Source: Acidobacteriota bacterium
GTDB taxonomy: Bacteria; Acidobacteriota; Vicinamibacteria; Vicinamibacterales; CAVVIG01
Direction: 5' to 3'
Assembly: GCA_043743165.1 (NCBI GenBank)
Contig: JAYTXA010000059.1
Span: forward strand, 70,816 to 134,815
Length of the DNA: 64,000 bases
This document shows, one piece after another, positions 21,024 to 29,942 of this stretch. The notes under the pieces are model-generated. The model did no database searches, was not told the DNA's origin, and saw only the letters and a program-made list of their open reading frames with translations. The stretch's first letter is position 1. Each line of letters opens with the position of its first letter. The position numbers were made by a program, and so were the translations under genes.

Positions 21024-21785
21024 TCAGGTCGGGATGCCGAGCAGGTCGAGCACACCACACACGAACGTCAGCGGATGCGGCGGACAGCCCGGCACGTAGA
21101 GCGTCGGCGCCAACCGTTCGAGGAACCCGCGATCGAGAGCCGGCGAGCCGTCGAACGGTCCTCCCGCTATGGCGCAGGCGCCCACGGCAATCACCAGCTT
21201 CGGCGCCGGCATCGCGTCCCAGCACACCTGCAGCGCGCTGGCCATGTTGCGCGTGATCGGCCCGGTCAGCACCAGGCCATCGGCGTGTCTCGGCGACGTC
21301 ACGAAGTCGATGCCCCATCGCCCGATGTCGAAGTTGACGTTGCTCAGGGCGCTCACTTCCAGTTCGCACGCGTTGCAGCCGCCCGCAGACACAGACCGCA
21401 GCTTGAGCGACCGGCCGAACCGCTGATGCAGCGCCGCCGACACCTGCAGCGGCTCGGGAACGGGCCGTGCGCTGCCGATCACGAGCCCCTCCCGAATGGC
21501 GCTCGCCAGCCTGAACACGTTCGACGAGGACAACGTCTGCGTCGGGCACGCCGCGATGCAGTCGCCGCACATCGCGCAGCGCCCGGGGTCGATGCGCACC
21601 GCGTCCGGGCCCTGGCGCAGCGCAATCGCCTGCGTCGGGCACACCTGGACACAGGCGTCGCATCCTGCCTCGCACGGTGGGGAGCCGACGTGCGGCGCGC
21701 CCCGAAACCCCACGAGTTCGGCGCGACGCGGATCGGCGATGTACTGGCGCCCCTGCGAGGCCCTGACTCTGATCGACTTGAACAC
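21024..21785 (-). CDS. fused 2x[4Fe-4S] ferredoxin (HycF-like) / NuoB-HycG-like small subunit
   Basis: GTG at 21785 gives MFKSIRVRASQGRQYIADP... Contains CEAGCDACVQVCP and CAMCGDCIAACP, then the NuoB-type ligands GGCNACELE, GACAIAGGP and VPGCPP. The track ORF 21024..21956 over-extends into the upstream gene. Confidence 0.8.
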   Translation of the reverse strand: MFKSIRVRASQGRQYIADPRRAELVGFRGAPHVGSPPCEAGCDACVQVCPTQAIALRQGPDAVRIDPGRCAMCGDCIAACPTQTLSSSNVFRLASAIREGLVIGSARPVPEPLQVSAALHQRFGRSLKLRSVSAGGCNACELEVSALSNVNFDIGRWGIDFVTSPRHADGLVLTGPITRNMASALQVCWDAMPAPKLVIAVGACAIAGGPFDGSPALDRGFLERLAPTLYVPGCPPHPLTFVCGVLDLLGIPT

Positions 21786-21795
21786 GATGACGCCC

Positions 21796-23286
21796 CTAAA
21801 GATCGTTGCCGCAGTACGACAGGTCGAAGCTCTTGTTGCAGATCGGAAAGTCCGAGATCTCGTTGTTCCGCACGGCCAGCGCGAGCCCGAACCAGTTGAC
21901 GAGCGACGGATCCTGGACCTTGTAGTGCACCAGGCGGCCGTCGCTGCCGGTTTCAAGCACCTGCACTACGGGACCCCGACACCCTTCGCGCACCGACACA
22001 CACACCGTGTCCGGCCGCAGCACCGCGGACGTGTCGCGCACGCGCCGGTCGCAGCCAGGCAGGTGCAGGTTCGGCTCGTCGAGGACGCTCGTGACCCATC
22101 GCACCGATGCGTCCACCTCACGCATCCGCACCAGCGTCCGCGCCCAGCAATCGCCGTCCTGTTCGGTCACCGCCGCGACGGGATGCGCTGAGTAGAGCGC
22201 GCCGGGCTGGCTCTCCCGGGCATCCACTGCGAGGCCGCTCGACCGTGCCGCCACGCCGACAAGGCCGATGTCGACGGCTGCCTGTGCGGTGACGATGCCG
22301 ACGCCGCGCAGTCGGGCGCGGACGGTGCGGGCCGACAGCACGAGGTCGTTCACCTCCGCCATATCCTGGCTGAACGCCGCGAGCGTCGTCGACAGGTCGT
22401 GCCGCAGGGCGTCGGCAAGGCCGAACCGCGGACTGCCCGGCCGCAGCCATCCGCGTCCGAAACGGCTGCCGCAGATGCGCATGGTGGTGTTGATGATGGC
22501 CGTGCGCAGCCGTCCGTAGGTGGAGCTTCCCTGCAGGAAGGCGATGTCGGCCATCAGGCCGGTGAGCGTGGCCAGGTGCATGGCGACACGCTCGAGTTCG
22601 AGCGCGATGCCCGCAACTACCTCGGACGCCGCGCTGACCGTCGCCTCGCGCAGTGCGTCGACGGCGGCGCAGTAGCCCCACGCGTACGCGACGCTGCTGT
22701 CGCCGGCGATCGACTCGACGAGCGGCGCCAACGCGTGTACGGGCCTGGTCAGCAACCGCGCCTCCACGCCTCGGTGCTGATAGCCGAGTTGAACCTCGAG
22801 GAGGTGTACCTGCTCGCCGTGACACATGAAGCGGAAGTGCCCGGGTTCGGTCACGCCGGCGTGAATCGGGCCGACACCAACCTCGTGGACCTCCGGGCCC
22901 CTCACCGAGAAGAACGGGTGTTCGCGCATGCGCTGCTGGCGCACGCCCTCGTAGCGCACCGGCTTCAGCCACGGATGTCCGTCGGGCACAATCCCCGTCT
23001 GCTCCCACAACTCGCGCTCGAACATCTGCACGGCTGGGAATCGCGGCGTGAGCGAGGGAAACGACACCTCCGACGCCGCCTGCCCGCGCAGCAGCTCCAT
23101 CGGGCCTCCGGCCCGCTCGAGCACCGCCGTCGTCACGACGCCGCCATTCGTATCCGGTCGTCCGAACAGCGTGACGACCCTGGCGCCGGCCTCGAGGCGC
23201 TGTTCGATGAGACGCGCCCACGACGCGAGCTCGTCGAGTGGACGGCCACGAGCCGGGAAAAGGAGCACGGGTTGGTTGGTGACCAT
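21796..23286 (-). CDS. NuoC/NuoD-HycE-like 'large subunit' lacking the Ni-Fe cysteine ligands (Ehr-type)
   Basis: ATG 23286 (MVTNQPVLLF...) lies within track ORF 21796..23898. Contains VGPIHAGVTEPGHFRF. The L1 position reads ESIAGDSSVAY and the C-terminus reads SDFPICNKSFDLSYCGNDL. Confidence 0.8.
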   Translation of the reverse strand: MVTNQPVLLFPARGRPLDELASWARLIEQRLEAGARVVTLFGRPDTNGGVVTTAVLERAGGPMELLRGQAASEVSFPSLTPRFPAVQMFERELWEQTGIVPDGHPWLKPVRYEGVRQQRMREHPFFSVRGPEVHEVGVGPIHAGVTEPGHFRFMCHGEQVHLLEVQLGYQHRGVEARLLTRPVHALAPLVESIAGDSSVAYAWGYCAAVDALREATVSAASEVVAGIALELERVAMHLATLTGLMADIAFLQGSSTYGRLRTAIINTTMRICGSRFGRGWLRPGSPRFGLADALRHDLSTTLAAFSQDMAEVNDLVLSARTVRARLRGVGIVTAQAAVDIGLVGVAARSSGLAVDARESQPGALYSAHPVAAVTEQDGDCWARTLVRMREVDASVRWVTSVLDEPNLHLPGCDRRVRDTSAVLRPDTVCVSVREGCRGPVVQVLETGSDGRLVHYKVQDPSLVNWFGLALAVRNNEISDFPICNKSFDLSYCGNDL

Positions 23287-24719
23287 CAGCGTCCGCCTAT
23301 CGACTGCGCCACCTGCTGCAGCAGGGCGGTGATGGGCGCCGGCGTGTAGACGCCGAGCAGAATCAGCGCGGCGACAAACCCCAGCTTCGGCACGGCCGTC
23401 ACCAAGGTCTCGGTTCCCGCGCGCCCTTCGCGCTCGGACGGCCCCCAGATCATGGGGAAGATCGAGCGACCGGTGGCGACGAAGATGACGCTGAGCGTCG
23501 CGCACATCAGCGTGAACACGATGAGGTTCCCCACCTGCACGATCCCGGAGAGGATAAGCATCTCCCCCATGAAGCTGCCGAAGGGCGGAAAGCCGAGCAG
23601 CGCGAAGATGCCGACCGCGAACAGCAGGCCCGAGAACGGGAGCACGCGGATGACGCCGCTCAGCGCCTTCACCTCGTTGGTGTGATACACGGCCCGCAGG
23701 CGGCCAGCCGTGAGGAACAGGAGGGCTTTCACGAAGGCGTTGCTGACGATGTAGAGCACGACGCCGTAGGCAGCGGCCTTGCCCACCGACAGACCGATGG
23801 CGATGACGCCGGACGAACTGACGCACGCGTAGGCGATGAGCCGCTTGTAGTTGCGTGAGGCCATCACCTGCATCGCCGCCACCATCAGCGACAGGCACCC
23901 CATCAGCAGCAGTTCGTACGACACGAACTCGGTGTCGCGGCCGCGGAACACCTGGAGCACACGGAACACCGCCACCACGCTGATGTTGAATTGCACGGCG
24001 GCCAGCAAGGCGCTGGTGCTGGTCGGCGCGGCTTCGTAGGCCTCGGGCATCCAGCTGTAGAGCGGCGCCAGGCCCAGCTTGCTGCCGAGTCCGAACAGCA
24101 TCAGCGCCAGCCCCAGCCGCTGCCAGCTATCGGAGGGCGAGGCGATGCCGGCCGCCATCTCGTCGAGCGCGAAGCTGAGTTCCAGCCCGCGCAGGTGCGC
24201 CGAACGGGTGAGGCACATGATGCCGAGGAACGTGAGGGCCAGCGACATGCTCGAGTACAGCAGGTAGTGCCAGGCCACTTTGCGTGGAGCCACGGTGTCG
24301 CCCTGCGCCACCAGGGGCGCCGCGCACAGCGTGGTGAGTTCGATGAATGCCCACAGCAGCAGCAGGTTATTGGCGAGCACGCCGGCGTTCATCGCCACCA
24401 TGAAGGCCAGCGTGAGGAGGGCTCGCGGCAGCAGGTTGTCGGCCACCACGCGCGACGTGCTCGCCCGCGACGACATGTAGACGCTGATGCCGAGGAACAC
24501 GCTGTTGATCACCAGGATGAACAGCAGCGACGTCGCATCCAGCACGAAGTAGCGCCGGCCGAAGTAGAGCGGCAGCGCGTCGAGCGGTTCGCTGAGGAAC
24601 AGCCCGACGGACGCGAGCAGGTCGGCAACCGCCAGCGCCACGAGCGCGGGACCGACCCAGAGCCGCCGCGTCGGCAGCACGGGCGCCGTCCCCATCGCCA
24701 CCGCGCCGACCTCACTCAT
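23286..24719 (-). CDS. NuoN/M-HyfF-like antiporter-type membrane subunit
   Basis: ATG 24719 (MSEVGAVAMG...) lies within track ORF 23286..25049. Polytopic, with GLAPLYSWMPEAYEAAP and AYACVSSSG motifs. ATGA overlap with the upstream gene. Confidence 0.8.
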   Translation of the reverse strand: MSEVGAVAMGTAPVLPTRRLWVGPALVALAVADLLASVGLFLSEPLDALPLYFGRRYFVLDATSLLFILVINSVFLGISVYMSSRASTSRVVADNLLPRALLTLAFMVAMNAGVLANNLLLLWAFIELTTLCAAPLVAQGDTVAPRKVAWHYLLYSSMSLALTFLGIMCLTRSAHLRGLELSFALDEMAAGIASPSDSWQRLGLALMLFGLGSKLGLAPLYSWMPEAYEAAPTSTSALLAAVQFNISVVAVFRVLQVFRGRDTEFVSYELLLMGCLSLMVAAMQVMASRNYKRLIAYACVSSSGVIAIGLSVGKAAAYGVVLYIVSNAFVKALLFLTAGRLRAVYHTNEVKALSGVIRVLPFSGLLFAVGIFALLGFPPFGSFMGEMLILSGIVQVGNLIVFTLMCATLSVIFVATGRSIFPMIWGPSEREGRAGTETLVTAVPKLGFVAALILLGVYTPAPITALLQQVAQSIGGR

Positions 24720-25315
24720 AGGTGCCCTACGAGCGGAGCGGCAGCGGTCGGGTCTGGCGTCGCGATGAGCCAGGTGCCAACCGCCACGGTAAGCAGGTAG
24801 ACCAGCATCAACGCGACGTGCACCGGCAACGGCCACGGCTCTGGCTGGAGCGACTCGAACAGCGCCAGGCCGTTCTCCATGAACAGCACGGCCACGAACT
24901 GGACTGGCGGCGAATCGTTGGTCGACAACAGCAGGAGCGACACCGCCACCGTCGCACCGACCACACCAAGTGTCAGCGCCTGCCGGTCGGACATGGCCGG
25001 CGCCGCGAATTCGAACGCCAGCACGACGAGCGCCATGCCAATCGCCCACGCAAACAGGTTCGACGGCATCAGGTCGAGGTTCGGCTCGAGGCGACGCTGG
25101 ACGGTGTGGCGAATCGCCGCCGGCGCCACGACGGCGCGGAGTGCCAACACCTCGATGAGCGCCACCACGGTGTGGGTCGAGAGCTCACCGCGCACGCCGA
25201 GGTTCCAGGCCAGTGCGGCTCCCTGCGCGGCCAGCCAGAACGGCGCCGACCGGAGCTTGCCGAAGAACACCGGCATCACCACCGCCACCAGGAAGATGAG
25301 CGACGGAAGGGTCAC
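24716..25315 (-). CDS. HyfE/NuoK-like small membrane subunit
   Basis: GTG 25315 overlaps the upstream stop (GTGA). The 199-aa hydrophobic protein VTLPSLIFLVAVVMPVFFGKL... is the C-terminal part of track ORF 24716..26257. Confidence 0.65.
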   Translation of the reverse strand: MTLPSLIFLVAVVMPVFFGKLRSAPFWLAAQGAALAWNLGVRGELSTHTVVALIEVLALRAVVAPAAIRHTVQRRLEPNLDLMPSNLFAWAIGMALVVLAFEFAAPAMSDRQALTLGVVGATVAVSLLLLSTNDSPPVQFVAVLFMENGLALFESLQPEPWPLPVHVALMLVYLLTVAVGTWLIATPDPTAAAPLVGHL

Positions 25316-26238
25316 GGCATCCTCGAGAGCCAGCCGGCCACGCCGAGGCAGGCCGCGGCGGTGAGCGAAGCCAGCATCAGGAAGCTCGGCACCGAGCGCA
25401 GCCGCATGCGGGCGATGAGCGACTCGACACAGCCGACAGCCACGCCGACGCCGGCCATCGCCACGAGCGCGAAGAGCGTGCCCGATACCGGGCTCACCCG
25501 CGGGTCGAAGGGATTGACGAGCGCCGCGATCAGGCCGGCGTAGATGGTCATCTTCACGGCCGCCGCGTACTGCATGGCTGCCAGCGCCGGACCACTGTGG
25601 TCGAGCAGCATCACCTCGTGCACCATCGTCAGTTCGAGGTGGGTCTGCGGGTCGTCGACCGGCAGGCGCGCGGCCTCGGCCTGCAACAGCACGAACAGCA
25701 CGCCCACCACAGGCGCCGCAAGCCACGGGAACGACGCCGCGTGATGCCACTGCCCCATCAACCCGGCGAAGCTGGCCTGCCCCGTTGCCAGCATGGCCGC
25801 GCCGAGCAGGAAAAACAGCGCCGGCTCGATGGCAATCGTGAACAGCGCCTGGCGGGCCACCCCCATGCCTTCGAAGGCGCTGCCCACGTCCATCGCGGAC
25901 AGCATCAGGAACAGGCGCGCCAGGCCGAGCGCGTAGGCGAAGAGCAGGAAGTCGTGGTCGAAGCGCAGCGGCGCGACGTCGCCCAGGATGGGCGCCACAA
26001 GAGCGGCCACCAGTGTGGCGGCGAGCACCACCCAGGCACCTGCGAAGAATAGTGGCGTACTGGTGGTGCTGTAGACCGGCTGCTTGGTCAGCAACCGCCG
26101 CAGGTCCCATGCCGACTGCGTCAGCCCGGGGCCTTTGCGTCCCGCCCAGCGCGCCTTCGTCCGGTTCACGACCCCGACGAGGAGGAACGGTATCGCCAGC
26201 ACGATGACGATGTGGACGGCTCCGAGCAGCAGGGTCAC
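25312..26238 (-). CDS. NuoH/HycD-HyfC-like membrane subunit
   Basis: 308-aa polytopic ORF with RKGPGLTQSAWDLRRLL, EGMGVARQ and LPVDDPQTHLELTMVHE, typical of formate-hydrogenlyase subunit 4/NuoH relatives. Confidence 0.85.
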   Translation of the reverse strand: MTLLLGAVHIVIVLAIPFLLVGVVNRTKARWAGRKGPGLTQSAWDLRRLLTKQPVYSTTSTPLFFAGAWVVLAATLVAALVAPILGDVAPLRFDHDFLLFAYALGLARLFLMLSAMDVGSAFEGMGVARQALFTIAIEPALFFLLGAAMLATGQASFAGLMGQWHHAASFPWLAAPVVGVLFVLLQAEAARLPVDDPQTHLELTMVHEVMLLDHSGPALAAMQYAAAVKMTIYAGLIAALVNPFDPRVSPVSGTLFALVAMAGVGVAVGCVESLIARMRLRSVPSFLMLASLTAAACLGVAGWLSRMP

Positions 26239-28238
26239 TGCAGCGGCCCGCCCACAAGCACGACGAGCCCGGCCATGGCGATCACCACGATGAGCGCTGC
26301 GGCAAAGGCGATACGCGGGTCATCTTCCCGCAGCGCGCTGGACAGCTCGTGTGCCGAGGCGTCGCCGTTGGCGATGACGGCGAAGAGGCGTCGCTCCACT
26401 GCGTCGACGCAGGTGGTGACGAGATAGCTATCAACCGGGAAGTATCCTGCCGGCGCCTTCTGCCGTCGCAGCGTCAGCACCACGCCGCTCACCCGCGACT
26501 GGAGGTCGGCAGAGAAACTGGAGCCGGTGTACTGCATGCGCGCGCTCGGCGAGTCGTCGCCGCAGGCCCATGTGGCACTGGTTGGAGCCGGACGCTTCGA
26601 GACGCGGCTGAGAGCCCAGACAAGCGCGGCCACGCCCAGCGACACGGCGCCGGAGATGAGGCCAACCCTGGTCAGGGTGGCCCCCAGCCGAGTCAGTACG
26701 TCGGTGCGTGCGCCGGGAAGCGCCGCGAGGGCAAGGTCAGTCGCTCCGCGCACGAGGGCGAGGCCGAGGGACGGCATCACACCCAGCAGAACGACCGCCA
26801 CGCCGTGGATGCCCATCGGCAGCAGCATCCAGGCGTTCACCTCGTGGGCCGCAGGTACCGACGTGTCGCGTGCGCGCCCGAGGAACACCACGCCGAAGGC
26901 GCGCGTGATGCTGAACGCCGACACCGCGCCGACGAAGGCGAGCGCGGCCGCGCCAGCCCCCAGCGCCACCCTGGCCCAGACCCCGATCGGTTCGCCCGTG
27001 AAAAGCCCCGAGTAGACGACGAACTCACTGGTGAATCCGTTGAGGGGCGGCATGCCCGAGATGGCGATGCCGCCAAGCAGGAAACTGAACGACGTCCACG
27101 GCATGAGCCGCAGCAGTCCGCCGAGGCGCTCCACGTCCACCGTATGCACGGCGCGATAGACGGCCCCTGCGGCATAGAACAACTGGCACTTGAAGAAGGC
27201 GTGGTTGAGGACGTGCAGGAGTCCGCCCGCGAATCCGAGCGCCACGAGCGGCGCGCTGTGCCAGGCCAGCCCGAGACAACCGACGCCGAAGCCAATGCCG
27301 GCGATGCCGACGTTCTCGGTCGACGAGTACCCGAGCAGCCGTTTCAGGTCGCGCTGGCCGATGGTGTAAAGCGCACCAATCACTGCGGACAGCAGCGAGA
27401 AGCCGATCAGGAACCATCCCATCCAGGCATCGGGCGTTCCGATGAGCAGCAGCACGCGCACCAGGGCATAGAGGCCGGCCTTGTGAATCACCCCCGACAT
27501 GAGCGCCGACACGTGAGCCGGAGCGGCGGCGTGGGCGCGCGGCAGCCACGAGTGGAACGGGAAGAAGGCCGACTTCAGGCCGAAGCTGGTCACCAGCAGC
27601 AGGAACACCAGGTTGCGTTCCGCGCCGGGATGGCCGCGCAGCCAGTCGCCGAAACTGAGGAGGTCCCACGACAGCGTGTGGGCGTACAGGATCATGAACG
27701 CTGCAACGAGGAAGATCAGGCCGAAGTGGGTCGACACCAGGTAGTTGAACCCGGCGAAGCGCACTTTCTGGTTTGTGTAGTCCCAGATCACCAGGAGCCA
27801 CGCAGCGATCGCCGCGGTCTCCCAGCCGAGCAGGAAGACGAGGGCGTGGTCGCCGGTGTAGACCAGCACGAACGACAGCGCCGTGAGGTTGAGCAGCGCG
27901 AAGTGCCAGCCGAGGTGCCTGGCTGAATCCAAGTGCGACCGCAGGTAGCCGACGGCGTAGATGCTGCCGAGCAGCGTCATCGGCAGCGACCACACCAGGA
28001 AGAACGCGCCGAGCGCGTCCAGCCGCACGCGCATCGTTCCCATCGGGTAGGCCCAGGGCAGTTCACCCGAGACTGGCGCACCACCGAGCAGCACCGGCAC
28101 GACGGCGGTGAGCACCAGCAGCATGGCGACGCCCTGCGACACGAGGCCACACGCGACACGCGCCCGATTGGCGACCGGCAATAGGCAGGCCGCCGCGCCC
28201 ACTAGCAGCACGACGACGGCCACGATCAGCGCACTCAT
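26235..28238 (-). CDS. NuoL/HyfB-like antiporter-type membrane subunit
   Basis: 667-aa polytopic ORF with FPFHSWLPRAHAAAPAHVSALMSGVIHKAGLY (proton-antiporter family signature). Confidence 0.85.
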   Translation of the reverse strand: MSALIVAVVVLLVGAAACLLPVANRARVACGLVSQGVAMLLVLTAVVPVLLGGAPVSGELPWAYPMGTMRVRLDALGAFFLVWSLPMTLLGSIYAVGYLRSHLDSARHLGWHFALLNLTALSFVLVYTGDHALVFLLGWETAAIAAWLLVIWDYTNQKVRFAGFNYLVSTHFGLIFLVAAFMILYAHTLSWDLLSFGDWLRGHPGAERNLVFLLLVTSFGLKSAFFPFHSWLPRAHAAAPAHVSALMSGVIHKAGLYALVRVLLLIGTPDAWMGWFLIGFSLLSAVIGALYTIGQRDLKRLLGYSSTENVGIAGIGFGVGCLGLAWHSAPLVALGFAGGLLHVLNHAFFKCQLFYAAGAVYRAVHTVDVERLGGLLRLMPWTSFSFLLGGIAISGMPPLNGFTSEFVVYSGLFTGEPIGVWARVALGAGAAALAFVGAVSAFSITRAFGVVFLGRARDTSVPAAHEVNAWMLLPMGIHGVAVVLLGVMPSLGLALVRGATDLALAALPGARTDVLTRLGATLTRVGLISGAVSLGVAALVWALSRVSKRPAPTSATWACGDDSPSARMQYTGSSFSADLQSRVSGVVLTLRRQKAPAGYFPVDSYLVTTCVDAVERRLFAVIANGDASAHELSSALREDDPRIAFAAALIVVIAMAGLVVLVGGPLQ

Positions 28239-28244
28239 CGCGCG

Positions 28245-28595
28245 TCAGCGCTTCCGTGCCTGCCGCTGCAACTCGCGCAGCAGCCCCTGCGAGCCGACGA
28301 GATGGTTGTTGAAGATCTGGCGCGCTGCCTTCAGCAGGTCGCCGATGAGCGGGTCGCGCACGGTGTAGCGCACGCTCGTCCCCGCCTTGCGGCCCGACAC
28401 GATGTTCTTCGTCCGCAACACCGCCAGCTGCTGCGACACCACCGGCTGCTCGAGGCCGAGCGCCTCCTGCAGTTCCTGTACGCTGTGCTCGCCCTGCAGC
28501 AGCACCTCGAGGATCGCGATGCGGACCGGGTGCGCCAGGGCGCGAAAGAACTCCGCCTTGAAGTGCTGGAGATCGCCAGCAATCGATTTATCCAT
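28245..28595 (-). CDS. ArsR/SmtB-family transcriptional regulator
   Basis: ATG 28595 (MDKSIAGDLQHFKAEFFRALAHPVRIAILEVLLQGEHSVQELQEALGLEQPVVSQQLAVLR) is a wHTH protein. It lacks the ELCVCDL-type metal site. It lies 7 nt upstream of the hyfB-like gene. Confidence 0.9.
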   Translation of the reverse strand: MDKSIAGDLQHFKAEFFRALAHPVRIAILEVLLQGEHSVQELQEALGLEQPVVSQQLAVLRTKNIVSGRKAGTSVRYTVRDPLIGDLLKAARQIFNNHLVGSQGLLRELQRQARKR

Positions 28596-28601
28596 GTATT
28601 C

Positions 28602-28633
28602 AAATATTACATCACAGCGATATTTACCGACAA
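28602..28633 (-). promoter_or_regulatory. candidate promoter/operator of the arsR-led operon
   Basis: On the minus strand: TTGTCG (28633-28628), 18 nt, TAATAT (28609-28604), 8 nt, then ATG. The inverted repeat AAATAT-N12-ATATTT (28602-28625) overlaps the -10 and spacer. This is the only AT-rich patch in the area. Confidence 0.45.
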
Positions 28634-28636
28634 GGC

Positions 28637-29368
28637 TCAGGCGTGACGGACGCCGCTGGAGGCGGCACCCCAGCCGCGCTTGCGCCACAGGCGCAACACG
28701 CACGGGAACCGCACGTCGACGGCAATCTCCTCGTAGCTGCGCGGCAGTGGCCCGCCGAAGCCGTTGTAGGTGATGATCAGGGTGCCGGCGGGCGCCGTCG
28801 CCAGCAGGTACGACATCGCGAACAGGTCGCGCGCCATGGTCTGGTTGTTGAACGGCACGCCGAGTTCGGCGTAGCGGGGCGAGTCGAAGTCGTACTCGCC
28901 GAACGGGTTGTAGAGGTAGTAGGCATCGGCGACTGGCGTCGGCAGCGCGCCGAAGTCGCCAGAAAGGAACGTCACCCGCTCGGCGACATCGAAGACGCCG
29001 GCCAGGCCGCGCGCCGTGTCGACCAGCGATGCGCGCTGCTCCACGCCGATGAACCGGCACGATGTCAGCAACGCGGCGGCGACGCAGAACTTGCCGGTGC
29101 CGGACCCGATGTCCACCACCGTCCGCACCTGCGTTTCGCGCAGCCAGGCGGCCGCCCGCACCGCCACGGGCATCGGCGTCCAGTACTCGCCCGACCGCTC
29201 CCGCAGCGCCTCGGGCAGCCACCGGTCGAAGGCGTCGTCCACCAGGGTCTGCCCGGCCTGCAGGGCATCGGCCACGCGCCTCGCGGCACGCCGCGCCGCA
29301 CCGTGGTCGGTCGGACGGCTGGATCCGGGAACATGTGTCTGCGACACGACTCGATTATGTGTCCACAT
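28637..29368 (-). CDS. class I SAM-dependent methyltransferase
   Basis: ATG 29368 lies within track ORF 28637..29761. Motif I is VVDIGSGTGKF, followed by the FIGVEQ acidic loop. The exact start is uncertain. Confidence 0.7.
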   Translation of the reverse strand: MWTHNRVVSQTHVPGSSRPTDHGAARRAARRVADALQAGQTLVDDAFDRWLPEALRERSGEYWTPMPVAVRAAAWLRETQVRTVVDIGSGTGKFCVAAALLTSCRFIGVEQRASLVDTARGLAGVFDVAERVTFLSGDFGALPTPVADAYYLYNPFGEYDFDSPRYAELGVPFNNQTMARDLFAMSYLLATAPAGTLIITYNGFGGPLPRSYEEIAVDVRFPCVLRLWRKRGWGAASSGVRHA

Positions 29369-29506
29369 TTCAGATCTCAGTCGGCGGAGCCTCGAGCCGT
29401 TGCGCCGCAGGCTGCACCGATCACGCACGCCATTTGTCCATCGTGCGAAGGCGACATGAACCGGCGCCCGACCGGGCTGCTCTAACCTTCGGTGCGCGGG
29501 AGTCCA

Positions 29507-29536
29507 TTGACCTACGCGTCTGATCGAGCGTACGCT
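29507..29536 (+). promoter_or_regulatory. candidate promoter of the 29543 gene
   Basis: TTGACC (29507-29512), 18 nt, TACGCT (29531-29536), 6 nt, then ATG 29543. Confidence 0.3.
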
Positions 29537-29542
29537 CGCGGC

Positions 29543-29941
29543 ATGGCAAAGAAGGCTCGCAAGCATACGGCGGCGGAACCACAGTCGGCAGCGATCACCA
29601 TGACGGCTGCGGCAGAGGCCAGGCTGGAGAACTTCGCCGACGACCTCGGGACCCTTCTGGGTCACGCACAGAACAAGGCCGAGAGCTGGCTCGGACAGCG
29701 CAAGGCGATCGCCGAACAACTGGCGGGCGTCCGTGACACGGCCGTCAGGCTGCTGGCGCAACTCGGTGTCGCTGATCCGCCGAAGGCGGCACGCGCCGCG
29801 AAGAAGGTGGCGGGCAGCGGACGAGCGGTATCAAAGCCCACTGTTGTGAAGAAGAAGCGCACGATGTCGGTCGAGGCACGCGCGAAGATCGCGGCTGCGC
29901 AGCGCGCGCGGTGGGCCAAGCAGAAGAAGGCCAGGGACTAG
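29543..29941 (+). CDS. hypothetical basic, Ala/Lys-rich protein
   Basis: Internal ATG (MAKKARKHTAAEP...) of track ORF 29492..29941. The lysine-rich C-terminus is KKKRTMSVEARAKIAAAQRARWAKQKK. No family assigned. Confidence 0.5.
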   Translation: MAKKARKHTAAEPQSAAITMTAAAEARLENFADDLGTLLGHAQNKAESWLGQRKAIAEQLAGVRDTAVRLLAQLGVADPPKAARAAKKVAGSGRAVSKPTVVKKKRTMSVEARAKIAAAQRARWAKQKKARD

Positions 29942-29942
29942 C

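Noticed and set aside
21796-23286. Calling the locus a bona fide group 4 [NiFe] hydrogenase / formate hydrogenlyase
   Set aside because: By manual alignment, the ligand positions of both CxxC motifs are non-cysteine. There is no C-terminal processing tail and no hyp, hycI or fdhF nearby. It is kept as a hydrogenase-related (Ehr-like) complex instead.
26349-27993. ORFs 26349..27926 (+, 525 aa) and 27025..27993 (-, 322 aa) inside the hyfB-like gene
   Set aside because: One is on the opposite strand and the other is in an alternative frame of a polytopic membrane protein gene. Their translations are charged and low-complexity, unlike the hydrophobic real frame.
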